Sequence record: NC_052661.1
Source of the DNA: Escherichia phage ukendt
Length of the DNA stretch: 64,000 nucleotides
Strand: one strand, 5' to 3'
The notes beneath the pieces were generated by a model. It saw only the letters and a program-made list of their open reading frames with translations. It searched no databases and was not told the DNA's origin. The translations under genes and the position numbers were made by a program. Positions 34,624 to 42,819 of the stretch are shown here, in pieces; the stretch's first letter is position 1, and each line of letters begins with the position of its first letter.

Positions 34624-35316
34624 TTAAATAGCGGTTCCTTCGAAATCCGCCACATTTACGAGATTAATATTTTCAGATTTAGAAGTCAAGTTGTTTTCTG
34701 CAACAGATTTTTCTTCAGTATCCGCCTCGTTACCTGCCACGTTACGAGGTTCTTCTTCACCGTAGGGATTACCGAATTTCAAAAGATTGATCAATTCTTC
34801 TTTGGAGAAGTTTTCTAAATCATCGTCTGTTAATTCAATAATCTCGTCTTGTTCTTCAACAAATGTTTCACCACCAGAAAAAGCATCTCGCTTTTTAGCT
34901 ACTTCCATAGCTTGTTCTGGTGTTGCCCCTGCGTCAAGAGCAGCTAAAGCAAAGTCTGACCCACTTCCTACTGCATAATATTCTTCATCAATCGGATATG
35001 CACGTGTTGGGTTGTTACCTTCGTGCAGGAAAATACGCCCGTCTGGATGAACAACAAGTGCAATAAACTCTTCATCTTCTTTATCTGGATCAGAGTGAAT
35101 CATCAAACCAGGGACAGCATCACGTGCTGCTTCGCACTGTAGATTTTGTTCAAACCATTGAAAGAAAGAAAGCACGGAGGTCAGACGACCAGCACCACCT
35201 ACAAGGTAATCTCCAATTTTTCGGACCTTTTTGAAATTAATAGAATCTACACGTCCACCAAAAGTTACCTTACCGTCACTCAAAATCTTATTTTTGGTTG
35301 CAATAATTGTCGTCAC
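34624..35316 (-). CDS. HslV-like Ntn-hydrolase peptidase with acidic C-terminal extension
   Basis: N-terminal MTTIIA (Thr nucleophile), KKVRK, GGAG, AVGSGSDFALAALDAG align in order with E. coli HslV as recalled. Confidence 0.65.
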   Translation of the reverse strand: MTTIIATKNKILSDGKVTFGGRVDSINFKKVRKIGDYLVGGAGRLTSVLSFFQWFEQNLQCEAARDAVPGLMIHSDPDKEDEEFIALVVHPDGRIFLHEGNNPTRAYPIDEEYYAVGSGSDFALAALDAGATPEQAMEVAKKRDAFSGGETFVEEQDEIIELTDDDLENFSKEELINLLKFGNPYGEEEPRNVAGNEADTEEKSVAENNLTSKSENINLVNVADFEGTAI

Positions 35317-35819
35317 TATTCTTCCTCCTCTGTTAATGTTTTAAGAACCGCTTTCCCGCCATTCACATATTTGCAGATGTATTCTATCGCACGTAGTGTC
35401 TCTTTGTCAACAAAAATTTGATCAGACGTTGCGAGCGGGTTATTAAGAAGATCACTACAATCACGAACAAGCAGTGCTTTCTTATTAAACAAATTACTTA
35501 AGAACAGTAACTTCGCCTCTTCTTCTGTTATGTGCAGAAGGCTAGGATCGGAGCCAGCTATTCCTATTATACAATCAAACAAGCTTTCTTTACTATCAGA
35601 AAGTTCTTGAAAATGGTTTAAAAGCCAATCTTCTCCTAGACACCAACATTTAAACATTTCCAGCTTATCTCGGAGGGTCATATTCTCTAAAGTAAGAGCA
35701 ATCTCTTTTTCAATATGGTTTACACAAATTTGACGAAATTCGTTAGGTTTTACGAGTCCCGTTTGATAGCACTCATCTATACCGCTTCTTCCGATAGCTA
35801 TTGTTGCTACACCCATCAA
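35316..35819 (-). CDS. hypothetical protein (167 aa)
   Basis: ORF track. Confidence 0.5.
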   Translation of the reverse strand: MMGVATIAIGRSGIDECYQTGLVKPNEFRQICVNHIEKEIALTLENMTLRDKLEMFKCWCLGEDWLLNHFQELSDSKESLFDCIIGIAGSDPSLLHITEEEAKLLFLSNLFNKKALLVRDCSDLLNNPLATSDQIFVDKETLRAIEYICKYVNGGKAVLKTLTEEEE

Positions 35820-35851
35820 TCCTCCTTATAAATGGCTTCCCTGCCACGTTA

Positions 35852-36610
35852 TTAAATAAACACTTCAGTAATCAGTTTAGACAAACGTCCACGTTTATTA
35901 TCGTCCGTTGTCAGTTCAACATATCCAATAAAATCTACAATTGGCTCACGAACACCTTCTTCATTCTCTGGATATAAAAGTTCCAAAATTTGATGCAGAC
36001 CATTGCTACGTTTTTTAATTGCATATGTCTGGCGAACATCGCCTAATACAATAACATGCGTATTAATACCTGCACGTTCAATAAGAAGTTTAAGTGTTTC
36101 TGTTGACATAAGTTGTGCTTCGTCAATAATGACGATTGTATTATCCAGGGTAGCCCCCAACAAATAGTTAGGAATATTCAATTCGATCTTACCTGATCCA
36201 ATATCGTTTTCCAATTTGTTAGCTGTCATGAATTGCTGGAAAATACGTTTTGTAGATTCATAGTGTGCTGCTAGTTTATCTGTTTTATCCCCAGACAAGA
36301 AACCAATCTGGTCATCTCCGACTTCAGTAGGGTTCTTGATAAAAAGTAGTTTACGGAAGTCTCCTGAACGAAGCATCTGCAAAGCTTTCCATAAAGCAAC
36401 AGAGGTTTTACCAGTCCCTGCCGGAGCATTTACAACAGTCAGATCATTCCAAATCATGCTTTGAACAATCTTATTTTGGTCCCCTTCAGGCATAAATTCA
36501 TCTAAACGGTAATCGTCATTACCTACCGCTTTTGCTGCATAACGGCTTTCAATCTTTGCTGAATTAGCCAGTTTCTGCCGTTGTGTTTTAGCTGCGGTTT
36601 TATTTCCCAT
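35852..36610 (-). CDS. phoH: PhoH-like ATPase
   Basis: Walker A APAGTGKTS and PhoH-like layout; start placed at MGNK after RBS aaggag because the upstream ATG lies inside a hairpin. Confidence 0.75.
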   Translation of the reverse strand: MGNKTAAKTQRQKLANSAKIESRYAAKAVGNDDYRLDEFMPEGDQNKIVQSMIWNDLTVVNAPAGTGKTSVALWKALQMLRSGDFRKLLFIKNPTEVGDDQIGFLSGDKTDKLAAHYESTKRIFQQFMTANKLENDIGSGKIELNIPNYLLGATLDNTIVIIDEAQLMSTETLKLLIERAGINTHVIVLGDVRQTYAIKKRSNGLHQILELLYPENEEGVREPIVDFIGYVELTTDDNKRGRLSKLITEVFI

Positions 36611-36630
36611 AGTAGCACTCCTTTTAGAAG

Positions 36631-36644
36631 GGGCCGAAGCCCCT
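36631..36644 (-). terminator. hairpin GGGGC-CGAA-GCCCC after the lysozyme gene
   Basis: identical to hairpins at 24543 and 42797. Confidence 0.45.
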
Positions 36645-36647
36645 TTA

Positions 36648-37148
36648 TTAGTTGTAAGCATCTAAAGTTCCAGAAGTCAGAACTTTAATTACTCGTTCAG
36701 CACGGTTTGGCGTCTGGCTATACCATCGGCTTTTACGCATGTTTTTACCTGCTTGAGTATAATATGCATTGCTGATTAAAGTCAAGCTATTTTTAAACCC
36801 TTCAGCACCTTTTAACCCCAACTGGAAAACCATGTTGATTATTCCCAATTTACGAGTATCACTCACCTTATCATAGATTGGTGATAAGATAGCACTGTTT
36901 TTTATGTCTCTCTTCACTTTTGCAACATCGTCAGCAAAGATTTGACGGGCTTCTTTTTCTGTGATAACTCCATTGGTCTTACGACCAAGGAGATTATCTA
37001 AGATTTGAATAGCCTTTGCTTTATCTTTTATTTTAGTCAGAAGGTGTCCTATGCCGACTGTCCAATAACCAAGATGATCTTGGTAAACAGTAAGCTTCAG
37101 TCCTTCATCGACTCGTAGCATATCAAACTCATCTACTACTTTAGCCAT
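36648..37148 (-). CDS. T4-type lysozyme (GH24 endolysin)
   Basis: MLRVDEGLKLTVYQDHLGYWTVGIGHLL matches the T4 lysozyme catalytic region. Confidence 0.9.
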   Translation of the reverse strand: MAKVVDEFDMLRVDEGLKLTVYQDHLGYWTVGIGHLLTKIKDKAKAIQILDNLLGRKTNGVITEKEARQIFADDVAKVKRDIKNSAILSPIYDKVSDTRKLGIINMVFQLGLKGAEGFKNSLTLISNAYYTQAGKNMRKSRWYSQTPNRAERVIKVLTSGTLDAYN

Positions 37149-37155
37149 TTACTTC

Positions 37156-37302
37156 CTATTCGTCGTCTCCTACTCCGTGATCCAACTCATTAAACAACAG
37201 ATGTTCTGGAGAAGTTTCACGTTTTGGTTTCGTTTTCTTTATGTTGGACTTCAGCTCATTTGCCAAAGCACGAGAAAAGATCTTACGTTTCTGTTTACTT
37301 TT
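37156..37302 (-). CDS. hypothetical small basic protein (48 aa)
   Basis: ATG after RBS ggagtaacaatt; not in ORF track. Confidence 0.35.
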   Translation of the reverse strand, partial: KSKQKRKIFSRALANELKSNIKKTKPKRETSPEHLLFNELDHGVGDDE

Positions 37303-37310
37303 CATAATTG

Positions 37311-37571
37311 TTACTCCGCAATTTGAGCCATGAGATCACGCAGTTCGGTAAAACCGCCTACGTATGTTACCTCCCCGTTCACTTCAGACAGAATTTGTGG
37401 AAATGTGCGTGGAGGAACTCCGGTAAGATCAACAACTGTTTTAGTCATTGATTCTAAATCGTAGTCTTGGTCAAGACTTAAATATTCAAACTGTTTATTG
37501 CGCATGGTTAATAGTTGTTTTGACATTTCGCAAAATTGACAGTTAGGTTTACCAAAAATTACAAATTCCAT
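37311..37571 (-). CDS. glutaredoxin/NrdH-like redoxin
   Basis: CQFC active-site motif in a small thioredoxin-fold protein adjacent to rml and nrd genes. Confidence 0.75.
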   Translation of the reverse strand: MEFVIFGKPNCQFCEMSKQLLTMRNKQFEYLSLDQDYDLESMTKTVVDLTGVPPRTFPQILSEVNGEVTYVGGFTELRDLMAQIAE

Positions 37572-38413
37572 TACCTCTCCTTATTAAGTAATACTGCTAA
37601 AGACCGTTCAATACCTTTATTTAAATCTGATTTTGTAAGATAGTGACTGGTTACTAATTGTGACTTCACCGGACGTGCTGCTGGAGCATTATAGGTTGAA
37701 GCTGATACCGCCGATATCTTAACAGGTTCTGGCATCTGTGTCAAGATCTTTTCCGCAAACTCCGCCCAAGAAATAAGATGGCTTCCTGCAAAATGGTAAG
37801 TCTTAACAGACCTTGACCAACCTGTTTTTAATACTTCAAAAATAGCTTCTGCTAAATCTGGAGCATATGTTGGACAAGAGAACTGATCAGCAACAATAAT
37901 AAAATCACGTTGTCCATCATTATAGCGAGACAACATGGTTTTTAGAAAGTTATTTCCAAATTCGCTATATACCGAGGCTGTTCGAATAATATATGCATTT
38001 GGGTTAACTCCTCGCACCATTTTTTCACCAAGTTCTTTCGTATACCCATAATTGTTTATTGGGTTAGGTGTAGTATCTTCAAAAATAGGATGAGAATAAT
38101 TAAAAATATAGTCTGTAGAAATATGCACAAAATCAATTTTAAGTTTACTGCACACTGCTGCAATGTTTGCAGGGCCGTAGGCATTAACAGCCAAAGCAGT
38201 AGCAAAATCATGTTCTGCTTTATCTACAGCCGTATAAGCAGCGCAATTAATAACACCATCTACATAATCTTCAATAATAGCGTTGCGCACGGCTTCAAAA
38301 TTTGTAATATCTACACGTTCTTTAGGATAAATTAAAGATACGTTTGAAGGAGCCACTTTACGTAAAGCTTGTCCCAGTTGTCCATTACCACCCAATACCA
38401 GATATGTTAGCAT
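37571..38413 (-). CDS. rmlD: dTDP-4-dehydrorhamnose reductase
   Basis: N-terminal GGNGQLG Rossmann motif, RmlD-like length, last gene of the rml operon. Confidence 0.8.
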   Translation of the reverse strand: MLTYLVLGGNGQLGQALRKVAPSNVSLIYPKERVDITNFEAVRNAIIEDYVDGVINCAAYTAVDKAEHDFATALAVNAYGPANIAAVCSKLKIDFVHISTDYIFNYSHPIFEDTTPNPINNYGYTKELGEKMVRGVNPNAYIIRTASVYSEFGNNFLKTMLSRYNDGQRDFIIVADQFSCPTYAPDLAEAIFEVLKTGWSRSVKTYHFAGSHLISWAEFAEKILTQMPEPVKISAVSASTYNAPAARPVKSQLVTSHYLTKSDLNKGIERSLAVLLNKER

Positions 38414-38973
38414 ACACCCTCACTACGTAGCTGTTGAAAAGACTTAGCCATTGCATCTTTTGTTGATAAGATAGGTTTAAAATCTTCGTCAAAAATCATA
38501 TCGAAGCCCCAATCAATCCCTATATCAGGATCATCCCAACGTAAACTTTGCTCGCTGGAAGGGTCGTATGGAGTTGTGCATTTGTATTCGAAGATAGCAT
38601 CCATACTCAAGACTATAAAGCCATGTGCCAAACCAGGTGGAAGCCAGAACTGTGTATGGTGTCGTGCACGAAGAACAACACCGTCCCAAGCACCGTAAGT
38701 TGGACTGTCTTTACGTAAGTCTACAGCGAAATCCAATACTTCACCACTTACACAACGAACAAGCTTGCCTTGTGGATTATTTGTTTGGAAGTGCATTCCT
38801 CGCAAAACACCGAAGTTTGATTTAGACATGTTATCTTGAACGAAAGTTTGTTTACCAATAATATCTTCGTATTTTTGTTCATTGTATGTTTCTAAAAAGA
38901 AACCACGATCATCTTTATAAACGTCTGGTTTGATAATTACCGCACCTTCGATTTTTGTTTTTTCTACTTTCAT
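38407..38973 (-). CDS. rmlC: dTDP-4-dehydrorhamnose 3,5-epimerase
   Basis: [10 protein letters not shown] and RGMHFQ motifs; start at MKVEK with ATGA overlap to rmlA stop. Confidence 0.85.
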   Translation of the reverse strand: MKVEKTKIEGAVIIKPDVYKDDRGFFLETYNEQKYEDIIGKQTFVQDNMSKSNFGVLRGMHFQTNNPQGKLVRCVSGEVLDFAVDLRKDSPTYGAWDGVVLRARHHTQFWLPPGLAHGFIVLSMDAIFEYKCTTPYDPSSEQSLRWDDPDIGIDWGFDMIFDEDFKPILSTKDAMAKSFQQLRSEGVC

Positions 38974-39848
38974 TTTCTCTCCGCTAATTTGAGTAGGTAT
39001 TGCCCGTACTCTGTTTTCTTCAGTGAGTTTCCATGGTACACCAAAGTCTCTAAAGAAATCCACCCTTTTTTGAAAGCAATTTCTTCCAGGCACGCAATCT
39101 TCAATCCTTGGCAGTTCTCAATAGTCTGCACGAATTGACCAGCTTCCATCAGACTGGCGTGTGTTCCTGTGTCAAGCCAAGTAAATCCTCGTCCGAGAAC
39201 TTCTACTTGTAACTTCCTGTCTTCGAGGTAGCTGCGATTGATATCTGTGATCTCCAGTTCTCCACGCGAGGAAGGGGTTACTTCTAGTGCGCGTTGAACA
39301 ACAGAATTATCATAGAAATACAAACCTGTGACAGCATAATCTGATTTAGGATTTTCAGGTTTCTCTTCAATAGAAATAGCTTGACGATTACTCCCAAATT
39401 CAACCACGCCGAATCGTTCAGGATCTTTCACCAAATACCCAAAGATACAAGCTCCGCCCCAAACATCTACCATCTCACTGGCATTAATCAGTAGTTTACC
39501 AAAGCTTTGTCCGAAGAATAGGTTGTCACCTAAAATAAGAGCAACAGAGTCTTCTCCGATAAAATCTTTACCGATGATGAAAGCCTCCGCAAGACCTCGT
39601 GGCTCGGATTGGATTGCGTAAGTGAGTTTTATCCCAAACATAGACCCATCTCCGAGAAGATACTTAAAGTCTTCCTGATCGCCTGGTGTGGTGATGATTA
39701 AGATATCTTTAATGTCAGCCAACATCAATACCGATAAAGGGTAGTAGATCATGGGTTTGTCATACACAGGGAGCAATTGCTTGCTCACACTGCGTGTTAC
39801 CGGATGAAGGCGGGTTCCACTTCCTCCCGCCAAAATAATACCTTTCAT
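38970..39848 (-). CDS. rmlA: glucose-1-phosphate thymidylyltransferase
   Basis: [19 protein letters not shown]-terminal motif. Confidence 0.9.
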   Translation of the reverse strand: MKGIILAGGSGTRLHPVTRSVSKQLLPVYDKPMIYYPLSVLMLADIKDILIITTPGDQEDFKYLLGDGSMFGIKLTYAIQSEPRGLAEAFIIGKDFIGEDSVALILGDNLFFGQSFGKLLINASEMVDVWGGACIFGYLVKDPERFGVVEFGSNRQAISIEEKPENPKSDYAVTGLYFYDNSVVQRALEVTPSSRGELEITDINRSYLEDRKLQVEVLGRGFTWLDTGTHASLMEAGQFVQTIENCQGLKIACLEEIAFKKGWISLETLVYHGNSLKKTEYGQYLLKLAERK

Positions 39849-39856
39849 AACCCTCC

Positions 39857-40849
39857 TTAAATCTTCTCACTCCACCATTGAGGGTTGTTTAAGTACCATT
39901 CAATCGTTGAGTAGAGATCTTGTTCAAATGTAGAGTTTGCACTCCAACCCAGTTCAGACTCTATTTTAGAAGGATTGATTTCATAACGCAAGTCATGTCC
40001 TTTACGATCTTCAACAAAAGTTATCAAGTTGGAAGAAGGGTAGGTTCCTGCTTCTGGATGTACAGCATCCATGTAGTCACAAACCATATAGATGATCTCC
40101 ATATTGGTTTTGGGATTACGTGTTCCAATATTATACGTTTGACCTGGTTCTCCACCTGTTGCCACTTGAAGAATAGCTCGCGCATGATCCTCCACAAAAA
40201 GCCAGTCTCGCACCTGATCGCCTTTACCATACACTGGAATCTTTTTATTCGTCAAGATACTTGTGATGATTTTTGGGATCAGCTTTTCTGGATGTTGATA
40301 AGGTCCAAAGTTATTGGAGCAGTTGGTTATCACAACAGGTAAGTCGTAGGTACGGTGCCAAGCTTTCACAAGATGGTCAGATGCTGCCTTAGACGCACTG
40401 TACGGGCTTGAAGGGGCATAAGCTGTCTCTTCGGTAAAAGGAACGCCAGAGTCTGCCATATCGCCGTACACTTCGTCTGTGGAGACGTGTACGAACATCT
40501 TCAGTTTATTCTTTGGGAGGAGCCTTGCAGCTTCCAATAAATTGTATGTACCAATAATATTGGAGTCGATGAAAGCTCGTGGATTCTTGATAGAATTATC
40601 CACATGACTCTCTGCCGCTAAGTGAATGATGAAATCGGGATTGCACTCTACTACTAAACTTTTGACCTGGGCTTCGTTTGCCAAATCTGTTATACTTAGT
40701 TTAGCGTGAGTGATATCGCCTACATTCTTAATGTCTGCTGCATAGCTCATCTTATCAACGACAAAAACTTCGTTATTGGGATCTTGACAAAGAGAGCGCA
40801 CCACGGCGCTCCCAATAAAACCAAGACCACCTGTTACCAGATAGCGCAT
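39857..40849 (-). CDS. rmlB: dTDP-glucose 4,6-dehydratase
   Basis: [13 protein letters not shown] Rossmann motif and SDR catalytic region. Confidence 0.9.
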   Translation of the reverse strand: MRYLVTGGLGFIGSAVVRSLCQDPNNEVFVVDKMSYAADIKNVGDITHAKLSITDLANEAQVKSLVVECNPDFIIHLAAESHVDNSIKNPRAFIDSNIIGTYNLLEAARLLPKNKLKMFVHVSTDEVYGDMADSGVPFTEETAYAPSSPYSASKAASDHLVKAWHRTYDLPVVITNCSNNFGPYQHPEKLIPKIITSILTNKKIPVYGKGDQVRDWLFVEDHARAILQVATGGEPGQTYNIGTRNPKTNMEIIYMVCDYMDAVHPEAGTYPSSNLITFVEDRKGHDLRYEINPSKIESELGWSANSTFEQDLYSTIEWYLNNPQWWSEKI

Positions 40850-40858
40850 ACGTTCTCC

Positions 40859-41185
40859 TTACCAGACGTTTTGTGATACTAACGTTTCAGTTTCAATATT
40901 ATACTTATTAAGTAGTTCAAAATAGACCTCATTTGCTTTTTTATTTAAGCTTGTGAGGTCTATGGCACAAGCACCACAACCGCTACACAGCTTGATACCG
41001 AAGACACAATCTTCAGGATCTGCATCATACCACGGGGAAATGTTTTCCAAGCCCAAACCTTCGCAGAGAAACCAATTAAAGTCCCCATCGAACTGGTCTT
41101 CGACTTGTGGATCGTCTCCAAATATTTCTTTCCATTTATCATATGGTGCACCCTGTAACATACGCCATTCGATATCAATACCCAT
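40859..41185 (-). CDS. hypothetical Cys-containing protein (108 aa)
   Basis: ORF track. Confidence 0.5.
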   Translation of the reverse strand: MGIDIEWRMLQGAPYDKWKEIFGDDPQVEDQFDGDFNWFLCEGLGLENISPWYDADPEDCVFGIKLCSGCGACAIDLTSLNKKANEVYFELLNKYNIETETLVSQNVW

Positions 41186-41339
41186 TTTTCATCTCCTCCT
41201 CTTCTTGAGCAGCTTTAATAATTGCTTCATAAATATCGTAAGCAATGCCTCCACAACATCTAGCTTCGAAAGCTATTGCTTCTGCAATGTGATCTGTTAA
41301 TTCTCGTGGAATGCGAACATACTCTTTTTCACTCTCCAT
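41175..41339 (-). CDS. hypothetical small protein (54 aa)
   Basis: ATG after RBS ggaggtagaag; stop overlaps next start; not in ORF track. Confidence 0.4.
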   Translation of the reverse strand: MESEKEYVRIPRELTDHIAEAIAFEARCCGGIAYDIYEAIIKAAQEEEEMKNGY

Positions 41340-41481
41340 CTTCTACCTCCAACCCTTCTTTTTCAAAGATTACTACTCGTCCTTCACCATGACAATTCAG
41401 GCAAGGAAATGTTACCATAATCTCCACTTCCATTTGTCCAGTCCCACCACACACAGGACAAAAAATAAGTTTTTCAGCCAT
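41329..41481 (-). CDS. hypothetical zinc-ribbon protein (50 aa)
   Basis: CPVCGG...CLNCHG; RBS aaggaggaata; not in ORF track. Confidence 0.45.
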   Translation of the reverse strand: MAEKLIFCPVCGGTGQMEVEIMVTFPCLNCHGEGRVVIFEKEGLEVEDGE

Positions 41482-41690
41482 TATTCCTCCTTAATTATTT
41501 CAAACTTGGCAACACCATTTACAATAATATGACCACAAGACATAACTCCTAACCAAGGATCGCCGTTTTTCTTCAGGCGTTTACCGAATACATCACAAAA
41601 ACCATTCTTCATTTCGGAGGCTTCATAAGAAGCCCCTTTGTCAAAAACGTCTTTGAATGTGTCGATTATACCAACACATCTCAGAATCAT
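41481..41690 (-). CDS. hypothetical protein (69 aa)
   Basis: ORF track. Confidence 0.45.
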   Translation of the reverse strand: MILRCVGIIDTFKDVFDKGASYEASEMKNGFCDVFGKRLKKNGDPWLGVMSCGHIIVNGVAKFEIIKEE

Positions 41691-42775
41691 TAGAAGTCAA
41701 GCTCCTCATCATCAGAAAGATCTTTGTTAGCTGAATTCAACTTGTAATTAGTTAACTGAATCTCTTGGGCTGCTGACTGAATCAAATCAGGATTCAACCA
41801 TTTTTCCATCCAAGCTAAAGGACTATGTTTAGGTGCTTTAAACTTGGCTTTCATTTTCAATCGACGATAAATAGGAGCAGCATTGAAATAAACCCACTGT
41901 TTAGACAATTCGGCGTTAAGACCTACAATAAAACGACCTTCACTAAACAGGTAGTCACACCACTGTTCCTCTTGTTCAACAACAGTGTCGAGGATCAAAG
42001 TCAACTCTTCAATATTGTCTTCGTAAATTTTACGCCAAATTGGGTCATGCATCAATGCATCAATTACAGCATAATCCATCTTAACATGCAAGATTTCATC
42101 TAGCATAATTTTCTGGATCAGTTTACAAGCCCCAACAAACAGTTGTTGTTCTGCCATAGCAAAAGTAGCAGAGAAGGAAGATATGAACTGAATACCTTCT
42201 AATCCAATCAGGGCTACCATCCCTTTAAGAATCAGCAATCGAAGTTCATCGTTAGCTTCAATCAATCCTAGAGCATACTTATGACCAGCTTCTTCCAACT
42301 GACCCATGATATCAGCAATGATACCCATACGATTGAAAATTTTATCATTAATCATAATCTGATTGATGACTTCAATTGGATCTGGAGTACATTGACGGAT
42401 TATTTCAGAATATGTTAACGCATGGAGAACTTCCATTTCACTCTGCTTCATCATCATAGCACAGGCTTCATTGTTACTCAAGAATGGAGAGAACAAAGTG
42501 ATGATTGATTTTGCAAGAGAATCATTTTCCCATTGGAACGATAAGTTTTTAATCATAACATCATAGTTGTTTTTAGAACAAGCTACGAAATCTTTACGTG
42601 TCTGATCCAGATTGACTTCATTCTCATCCCAATCTTGTGCTTTTTGAAGTTTGTAGAGTTTATGCATTTCTGGATAAGTTACGTTAACAGAATCAAAAAT
42701 CCCTAATTGTTCTCCTAAAAATACTGGATATTTTCCTGTTTTGTAAACTTCATTGTGTAAATTAATTGCTGCCAT
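41690..42775 (-). CDS. nrdB: ribonucleotide reductase class Ia beta subunit
   Basis: R2-type diiron/tyrosyl region and length. Confidence 0.9.
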   Translation of the reverse strand: MAAINLHNEVYKTGKYPVFLGEQLGIFDSVNVTYPEMHKLYKLQKAQDWDENEVNLDQTRKDFVACSKNNYDVMIKNLSFQWENDSLAKSIITLFSPFLSNNEACAMMMKQSEMEVLHALTYSEIIRQCTPDPIEVINQIMINDKIFNRMGIIADIMGQLEEAGHKYALGLIEANDELRLLILKGMVALIGLEGIQFISSFSATFAMAEQQLFVGACKLIQKIMLDEILHVKMDYAVIDALMHDPIWRKIYEDNIEELTLILDTVVEQEEQWCDYLFSEGRFIVGLNAELSKQWVYFNAAPIYRRLKMKAKFKAPKHSPLAWMEKWLNPDLIQSAAQEIQLTNYKLNSANKDLSDDEELDF

Positions 42776-42796
42776 TTAAAATTCTCCTCAATAAAA

Positions 42797-42810
42797 AGGG
42801 GCCGAAGCCC
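42797..42810 (-). terminator. hairpin GGGGC-CGAA-GCCCC between nrdA and nrdB
   Basis: identical stem-loop followed by T5 in minus sense; possible attenuator. Confidence 0.5.
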
Positions 42811-42819
42811 CTAGTTTCA

